A stretch of 64,000 bases of DNA from an uncultured Bacteroides sp. (GTDB taxonomy: Bacteria > Bacillota > Clostridia > Oscillospirales > Acutalibacteraceae): NCBI GenBank assembly GCA_964422655.1, contig CAYRBT010000001.1, positions 211,425 to 275,424 of the forward strand, written 5' to 3'. The position numbers and the translations under genes were made by a program. The notes under the pieces are model-generated. The model was not told where the DNA came from, did no database searches, and saw nothing but the letters and a program-made list of their open reading frames with translations. Of the stretch, positions 58,799 to 64,000 are shown one piece after another (the stretch's first letter is position 1; every line of letters starts with the position of its first letter).

Positions 58799-60139
58799 GT
58801 GACTGTATCCGAAAAATCAAAAAGACTTATAAATATAATTGAAAATGCCGGCTATGAGGCATACGAGGTCGGCGGCTGTGTCAGGGACAGACTGATGAAC
58901 AGAGCGTTTGAAGATATAGATATTACAACAAGCGCAAAGCCAAAAGCAATAGAAAAAATACTTGATGAAAATAATATAAGGTACATTGAAACGGGAATAA
59001 AGCACGGTACTGTCACAGCACTTTTTGAAAACACCTCGTTTGAAATCACCACCTACCGTACCGACGGCGATTACAGCGACAGCCGTCATCCCGAAAGTGT
59101 TTCGTTTGTAGCAAGCATAAAAGAGGATTTGTCCCGCAGAGATTTCACAATAAATGCAATGGCGTATAATGAAGCCTCGGGGATTGTTGATTTGTTCGGC
59201 GGTAAGAGCGATATAGGAAATAAAATAATACGCACCGTCGGTGATGCCGATAAAAGATTTAACGAGGACGCACTCAGAATAATGCGTGCCATTCGTTTTG
59301 CCTCTGTTCTCGGCTTTACTCTTGAAGAAAACACCGAAAAAGCAGTTTTCAAAAATAAGGAGCTTTTAAAAAATATCTCGTATGAACGGCTTTATGCCGA
59401 GCTTTCAAAGCTTCTTATGGGTGATTATGTGTATGACACTCTTGTTAAATACAGGGAGGTTATCGCCGTCTTTATACCCGAGCTTGCGCCGATGTTTGAT
59501 GTTGAGCAGAACACGAGGTGGCATATCTATGATGTGTGGAGGCACACCTGCCGTGCTGTAGAATGCTCTCCAAAGGATTTACCGCTTCGTTTGACTATGC
59601 TTTTTCACGATACGGGAAAGCCGTTTTCAAAAACCACCGACGAAAACGGTACAGACCATTTTAAAGGCCATCAAAAAATCAGTGCTCAGATGTGCGCTCC
59701 TGCATTAAAAAGGCTTAAGGTATCAAACGAAATTTATGACAGGGTAATGACGCTTGTACCCATTCACGATATGCACATATCAACCGACAGGAAAAAGATA
59801 AAAAAATGGCTTTCAAGGCTCGGGGAAGAGGTGCTGCTCGACTTGGTTGAGGTTAAAAGGGCGGACAAGCTTGCACAAAATCCCCAAATGACTGCACAGG
59901 AGCTTTCAAACCTTGTTGTTACCGAAAATGAAATTCATTCAATTATTTCTCAGGGAGAGCCGTTTATCGTTAAGGATTTAAAAATAAACGGCAACGATTT
60001 GATTTCTCTCGGCTATAAGGGTAAGGAAATCGGAGAGGCACTCGAATTTCTGCTTGATAGGGTTTTGAATGAAGAAATTGAAAATACAAAAGCTTCACTA
60101 AAAAACGAGGCTGAAAAAAACAGGTTATCTCTGCTTTGA
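58799..60139 (+). CDS. cca: CCA-adding tRNA nucleotidyltransferase with HD domain
   Basis: VGGCVRD, DIDITT, RRDFTINA, EDALRIMR, HD motif LFHDTGK. Confidence 0.92.
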   Translation: MTVSEKSKRLINIIENAGYEAYEVGGCVRDRLMNRAFEDIDITTSAKPKAIEKILDENNIRYIETGIKHGTVTALFENTSFEITTYRTDGDYSDSRHPESVSFVASIKEDLSRRDFTINAMAYNEASGIVDLFGGKSDIGNKIIRTVGDADKRFNEDALRIMRAIRFASVLGFTLEENTEKAVFKNKELLKNISYERLYAELSKLLMGDYVYDTLVKYREVIAVFIPELAPMFDVEQNTRWHIYDVWRHTCRAVECSPKDLPLRLTMLFHDTGKPFSKTTDENGTDHFKGHQKISAQMCAPALKRLKVSNEIYDRVMTLVPIHDMHISTDRKKIKKWLSRLGEEVLLDLVEVKRADKLAQNPQMTAQELSNLVVTENEIHSIISQGEPFIVKDLKINGNDLISLGYKGKEIGEALEFLLDRVLNEEIENTKASLKNEAEKNRLSLL

Positions 60140-60154
60140 GATAACCTGTTTTTT
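60114..60154. terminator. Bidirectional terminator overlapping the cca stop codon
   Basis: AAAAAAA-CAGGTTATCTC-tgcttt-GAGATAACCTG-TTTTTT. Confidence 0.85.
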
Positions 60155-60158
60155 ATAC

Positions 60159-61544
60159 TTATTTTTCGTTTTCTCTCTTATCAACTATATAGGCGTGAAC
60201 CTTGTCGGCAAGCTCGCCGTAGAGCTTGAATTTTGTTGAAAATACAATGAGCGAAATAAATACAAGTATTGCCGGAATACCGAATGCGATAAGTCCTATC
60301 GCATTTTTTGTTGTCTGATTTATCGAGCCTTCTGTAATCTGCTCGTTGTAGCTTACAAGATTAAGTCCGCCGAAAAGGATAACTGTCTGTACTGTGTAAG
60401 CAAGCTTTTGCAAAAAGCCCTTCATAGAAAAGGTGATTGACTCGTTTCTCTTACCGCTCTTGTATTCGCCGTAGTCAACAATGTCGGCAAGAAAGATTGT
60501 TTGTGCAACAAACATTGAGCCGATACCTATTGACGCAAGAATGTAGCTCAAATCAAGTGCAATCGTTATTTTAAGCACGGGACCGAAAATATACATCAAT
60601 ATGTAACCGATAATGGTAAGGCAAAGTGAAAACTGATATATTGCTCTTTTGTTCATTTTCTTTGACAGTATCGGAATAACCAAAAGACCGAGTGCAGAGC
60701 CGACGGCTCCGATTGTTGAAAACAGGCTCTGTGCCTTTGGCTGACCGAGAACATCTGTGAAATAATAAACGGCTGTTGAGCTTGTCAGATACCAGCCTGC
60801 GTTTGAAATCATTGCAAACACAATAAACACAATAAGCTGGTCATTTCCCGATATTACCTTAAACATCTGCTTGAAGGAGAATTTTTCGTTGTTATATATT
60901 ACATTTCTTTCCTTTGTTGAAAGCACGCAGGTTACGGAAAAGAATACAAGTGCGACCGCACAGATGAGTGCCCATTTTGAAAAACCGCTTGCCGAATATC
61001 CCTTGTCCGTTGTCATTCCGCTTGAAAGCAGGGGGAGAATAATAGGAGTTAAAATAGTAATAAGTCCCTGTCCTATTCCCGAAAAGGTTCTTGCAACCGT
61101 TGCAACAAGATTTCTGTCTGACGGGTCTGTTGTAAACGACGGTACCATTGACCAGTAGGGAATATCCGCCATTGTGTTTGTCATTCCCCAAAGGATATAC
61201 ATAAATGCTATGTAAATATACAGCCTTGTTCCGCTCATTCCAAAGCTTGTGAAAAGAAGCGTCAATACAATTGCATTTGACATAGCGCCTATAACTATCC
61301 ACGGTCTGTATTTTCCCATTTTTGTTTTGGTGCTGTCAACAATCGTTCCCATAATAGGGTCGTTAATTCCGTCCCATATTCTTGCAATGGGGGTCAAAAG
61401 AAGCAAAAATCCCTCCTTGAGTCCGAGCACGCTTGATAAATAATACGAAAGATAGGAATAAAACATACCGTAGCTTAAATCAAGTCCGATTGCACCTACA
61501 CCGTAGCCTATCTTTTCTCTCCAGGTGGTTTTGTAATCGCCCAT
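60159..61544 (-). CDS. GPH-family (MelB-like) sugar:cation symporter
   Basis: RIWDGINDPIMG.IVD.TKT..GKYRPW, DIPYWS, ADIVDYGE...GKR.E. Confidence 0.9.
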   Translation of the reverse strand: MGDYKTTWREKIGYGVGAIGLDLSYGMFYSYLSYYLSSVLGLKEGFLLLLTPIARIWDGINDPIMGTIVDSTKTKMGKYRPWIVIGAMSNAIVLTLLFTSFGMSGTRLYIYIAFMYILWGMTNTMADIPYWSMVPSFTTDPSDRNLVATVARTFSGIGQGLITILTPIILPLLSSGMTTDKGYSASGFSKWALICAVALVFFSVTCVLSTKERNVIYNNEKFSFKQMFKVISGNDQLIVFIVFAMISNAGWYLTSSTAVYYFTDVLGQPKAQSLFSTIGAVGSALGLLVIPILSKKMNKRAIYQFSLCLTIIGYILMYIFGPVLKITIALDLSYILASIGIGSMFVAQTIFLADIVDYGEYKSGKRNESITFSMKGFLQKLAYTVQTVILFGGLNLVSYNEQITEGSINQTTKNAIGLIAFGIPAILVFISLIVFSTKFKLYGELADKVHAYIVDKRENEK

Positions 61545-61574
61545 ATCATAACTCCTTTAATATATGTTGTATAA

Positions 61575-61603
61575 ATTATAGCATAAATCCGTTCTTATAA
61601 CAA
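61575..61603 (-). promoter_or_regulatory. Sigma-A promoter of the symporter
   Basis: Minus strand TTGTTA-17 nt-TATAAT with TG extension. Confidence 0.65.
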
Positions 61604-61625
61604 TATAATGTTTTTTGCCTTAAAG

Positions 61626-61661
61626 ATTACAAAATGATTACAAACATTACAAAACATTACA
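61626..61661. repeat. Four ATTACA direct repeats (response-regulator-type boxes)
   Basis: ATTACA at 61626, 61637, 61646, 61656. Confidence 0.7.
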
Positions 61662-61685
61662 TTTTTTGTGCGTGAAAATTTTGCC

Positions 61686-61714
61686 TTGACAATCGCATTT
61701 AACCCTTATATAAT
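61686..61714 (+). promoter_or_regulatory. Consensus sigma-A promoter of the dcw cluster
   Basis: TTGACA-17 nt-TATAAT. Confidence 0.85.
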
Positions 61715-61721
61715 GTAGTTA

Positions 61722-61780
61722 GTGGTGACAATTCCATTAAAATCCCACATATTCCATTAAATTCCCAAAGAGATTACCAC
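61722..61780. promoter_or_regulatory. Putative MraZ-binding repeats
   Basis: GTGG then 10-nt periodic units ATTCCATTAA/AATCCCACAT/ATTCCATTAA/ATTCCCAAAG, then TACCAC. Confidence 0.55.
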
Positions 61781-61805
61781 TAAATTCACGAAAGGAGAGA
61801 AAGAT

Positions 61806-62261
61806 ATGCATTTGTTTGTCGGCACATTAGATGGCTATAAGCTTGACTCAAAGGGCCGTCTTTCTATTCCTACAAAGTGGAGAGAGCGTCTTGGCAAGGA
61901 ATTTTATATGGTTGCAGTTACAGTCAGAGGATGTAAGTGTCTTACTCTTTATCCTGTTGAGCATTTTGAAAACACATACGAGGCAATGCAGCAGGGAACG
62001 GAAAATCAAAAGTATGACGCAACAACAAGCTTTCTTGATAACGCCGAGGAGGCTGTGCTTGATTCTCAGGGCAGATTTACCGTTAATCAGCGCCTAAAGG
62101 ACGAGGCAATGCTTTCAAACGAAACAGTTGTTGTTTTTAAGGGAAAGGGCAAGGTTATAGAAATCTGGAATACCGACGAGTACGAAAAGATTTATAACAG
62201 CTATGACCATTCTCAGGGAATTTATGATTTGATGGACAAGGTAAAGGGTAACGCAGAATAA
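61806..62261 (+). CDS. mraZ: Transcriptional regulator MraZ
   Basis: Two DxxGR motifs (LDSKGR, LDSQGR), EIWN; precedes rsmH. Confidence 0.93.
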   Translation: MHLFVGTLDGYKLDSKGRLSIPTKWRERLGKEFYMVAVTVRGCKCLTLYPVEHFENTYEAMQQGTENQKYDATTSFLDNAEEAVLDSQGRFTVNQRLKDEAMLSNETVVVFKGKGKVIEIWNTDEYEKIYNSYDHSQGIYDLMDKVKGNAE

Positions 62262-63172
62262 TGGAGTTTGTTCATAAAAGCGTGCTTTTTGACGAGGCTG
62301 TAAAAGCACTTAACTTAGACGATACAAAAATAATTGCCGATGGTACAGCAGGCGGCGGCGGTCATTCTCGCGAAATTGCAAAGAAAGCGAAATTGCTCAT
62401 TTCAATAGACAGGGACCCCGACGCAATTGCCGTTCTCAATGAACGCCTCGGCGGTTTGCAAAATGTAAAAATAGTTCACGACAACTATTCTAATCTAAAA
62501 AATATTCTTAAAAGTCTTGAAATAGAAAAAATTGACGGTCTTTTGCTTGATTTGGGGGTCAGCTCCTTTCAGCTTGACACCGCAGAAAGAGGCTTTTCCT
62601 ATCACAAGGACGCACCTCTTGATATGCGTATGAGCAAAAGCGGACTCAGCGCAAGGGATGTTGTCAATACATATGACGAAAAACAGCTTGCAGATATAAT
62701 TTACAGATATTCGGAAGAAAAATTTGCAAGAAAAATTGCATCAAACATAGTAAAGGCAAGACAGGACAAGCCTATTGAAACAACCTTTGAGCTTGTCGAT
62801 ATTATAAAATCCTCGCTTCCTCAAAGGGCAATGAGGGACTCACACCCTGCGAGAAAAACATTTCAGGCAATAAGAATTGAGGTAAACGCAGAGCTTGATG
62901 TTTTAAAAAGCACCTTAACAGATGCGTTTGAGTGCCTTAACAGCGGAGGAAGAATTGCCGTAATTACCTTCCATTCTCTTGAGGATAGGATAGTAAAGGA
63001 ACAGTTTAACGAATGGTGCAAGGGCTGTGTTTGTCCTAAGGAGCTTCCCGTGTGCGTGTGCGGTAACAAGCCTAAGGGCAAGGCACTAAAGCCGATTGTA
63101 CCGAGTGAAAGCGAGCTTGCAGATAATCCGAGAGCAAGATCATCAAGGCTTAGAGTTTTTGAAAAATACTAA
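62261..63172 (+). CDS. rsmH: 16S rRNA m4C1402 methyltransferase
   Basis: DGTAGGGGHS, DLGVSSFQLD, PLDMRM, FQAIRIEVN, FHSLEDR. Confidence 0.98.
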   Translation: MEFVHKSVLFDEAVKALNLDDTKIIADGTAGGGGHSREIAKKAKLLISIDRDPDAIAVLNERLGGLQNVKIVHDNYSNLKNILKSLEIEKIDGLLLDLGVSSFQLDTAERGFSYHKDAPLDMRMSKSGLSARDVVNTYDEKQLADIIYRYSEEKFARKIASNIVKARQDKPIETTFELVDIIKSSLPQRAMRDSHPARKTFQAIRIEVNAELDVLKSTLTDAFECLNSGGRIAVITFHSLEDRIVKEQFNEWCKGCVCPKELPVCVCGNKPKGKALKPIVPSESELADNPRARSSRLRVFEKY

Positions 63173-63178
63173 CGAAAG

Positions 63179-63733
63179 GTGAGTAATGTGACAAATACGG
63201 GTGATTTCAGAAGATATTCATATTCAACAGACGCTTCATACGCACTCAAAGCATTTGATCTCCAAAGGTCAAGTGCCGTTCCGTCATATACTCCTGCTCC
63301 GCAAAGAAAAAAAGAGCTCAAGGTCAGAGAAAACAATAAGCAGAAAAGCTATAATCAGTTAGTTCACGAGCAAAGAATAGGCCTTGTAAGGATTGTAAAA
63401 ATAATTGCCGTTTCTCTGCTGAGCCTGAGTATGCTTTTCGGAGTGCTTTATACCTATGCCCAAAAAAATGAGCTTACTCACGAAATTTCACAGCTTGAAA
63501 CCCAGCTTGCCGTTTCAAAGAGCGAAAACACAAGGCTCAACAGCGAGCTTGATTCTCTTGTGTCGATGAGTATGATAGACGAGTATGCCGTTGAAAAGCT
63601 TGGTATGACAAAAATGAAATCAAATCAAATGAGATATATTGATGTTTCTCAGTACAAGGAGAAGCGTCTTGCTGCCGCCCAGCGTATTTTAAAGGACGGT
63701 AAAGCCGACTCTAAGGCAGTTAAAGTAAAGTAA
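63179..63733 (+). CDS. ftsL: Cell division protein FtsL-like
   Basis: Single TM then leucine coiled coil, IDEYA.EKLGM; follows rsmH. Confidence 0.8.
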   Translation: MSNVTNTGDFRRYSYSTDASYALKAFDLQRSSAVPSYTPAPQRKKELKVRENNKQKSYNQLVHEQRIGLVRIVKIIAVSLLSLSMLFGVLYTYAQKNELTHEISQLETQLAVSKSENTRLNSELDSLVSMSMIDEYAVEKLGMTKMKSNQMRYIDVSQYKEKRLAAAQRILKDGKADSKAVKVK

Positions 63734-63761
63734 TAATAATTAACTATAATGCGTAAAATAT

Positions 63762-63787
63762 TGAGAGTTAAGAATTCTTAACTCTCA
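63762..63787. repeat. Perfect 26-bp palindrome between ftsL and the PBP gene
   Basis: TGAGAGTTAAGAATTCTTAACTCTCA. Confidence 0.8.
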
Positions 63788-63829
63788 TAAGTATTTAATA
63801 AATAAGATAACAATTGCGGGAGGAAGACA

Positions 63830-64000
63830 ATGAATACAAGTAAAAAAATGCTCAAAAGACTGCTTATTTTGTCAGTTGTTTTAATATTCCTCCTTACAAC
63901 AAGCGGAGTAAGAGTGCTTTATTTACAGCTTGTCAGAGGCGAGGAGCTTGCCCTCAAGGCAGAAAGCCAGCAGCTAAAGGACACGGAAATTACGGCGATG
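63830..64000 (+). CDS. Class B penicillin-binding protein (FtsI/SpoVD-like), 5' part only
   Basis: GGGAGG RBS; MNTSKKMLKRLLILSVVLIFLL...RVLYLQLVRGEELALKAESQQ; position after ftsL; runs off the window. Confidence 0.8.
   Translation, partial: MNTSKKMLKRLLILSVVLIFLLTTSGVRVLYLQLVRGEELALKAESQQLKDTEITAM

Overview
Gene-dense, mostly housekeeping window from a low-GC Firmicute. Gene order, PolC and yabP/yabQ suggest a spore-forming Clostridia (Oscillospirales-like); this is inferred. Blocks in order: ftsY-rdgB-yhbY-nadD-yqeK-rsfS-leuS with appended GH38 and GH29 glycosidases; a minus-strand IMPase, radical SAM and methyltransferase group; murT-gatD; rpsB-tsf, three inserted genes (rubrerythrin, GtrII-like glycosyltransferase, BspA-like surface protein), then pyrH-frr-uppS-cdsA-dxr-rseP-ispG-polC; a rearranged his operon running into recJ-relA-dtd-hemZ; yabM-mazG-hup-yabO-yabP-yabQ-divIC; rlmL, phosphohexomutase, OYE, NifU-like and a second GH38; rubredoxin, cca, a MelB-like symporter; and the start of the dcw cluster. 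I saw no rRNA, tRNA, CRISPR array, prophage or transposase. Most notable: (1) PolC lacks the DEDDh proofreading domain but keeps all PHP metal ligands; (2) HisZ and HisG are fused in one ORF, in a his operon missing hisC, hisH and hisF; (3) covarying terminator/promoter repeats separate the genes inserted between tsf and pyrH; (4) an Fe-S-motif OYE is paired with a NifU-like protein; (5) an orphan promoter-terminator unit has no gene; (6) WalR-like and inverted MraZ-like repeats lie upstream of mraZ. All calls come from reading motifs and synteny by eye; no searches were run.
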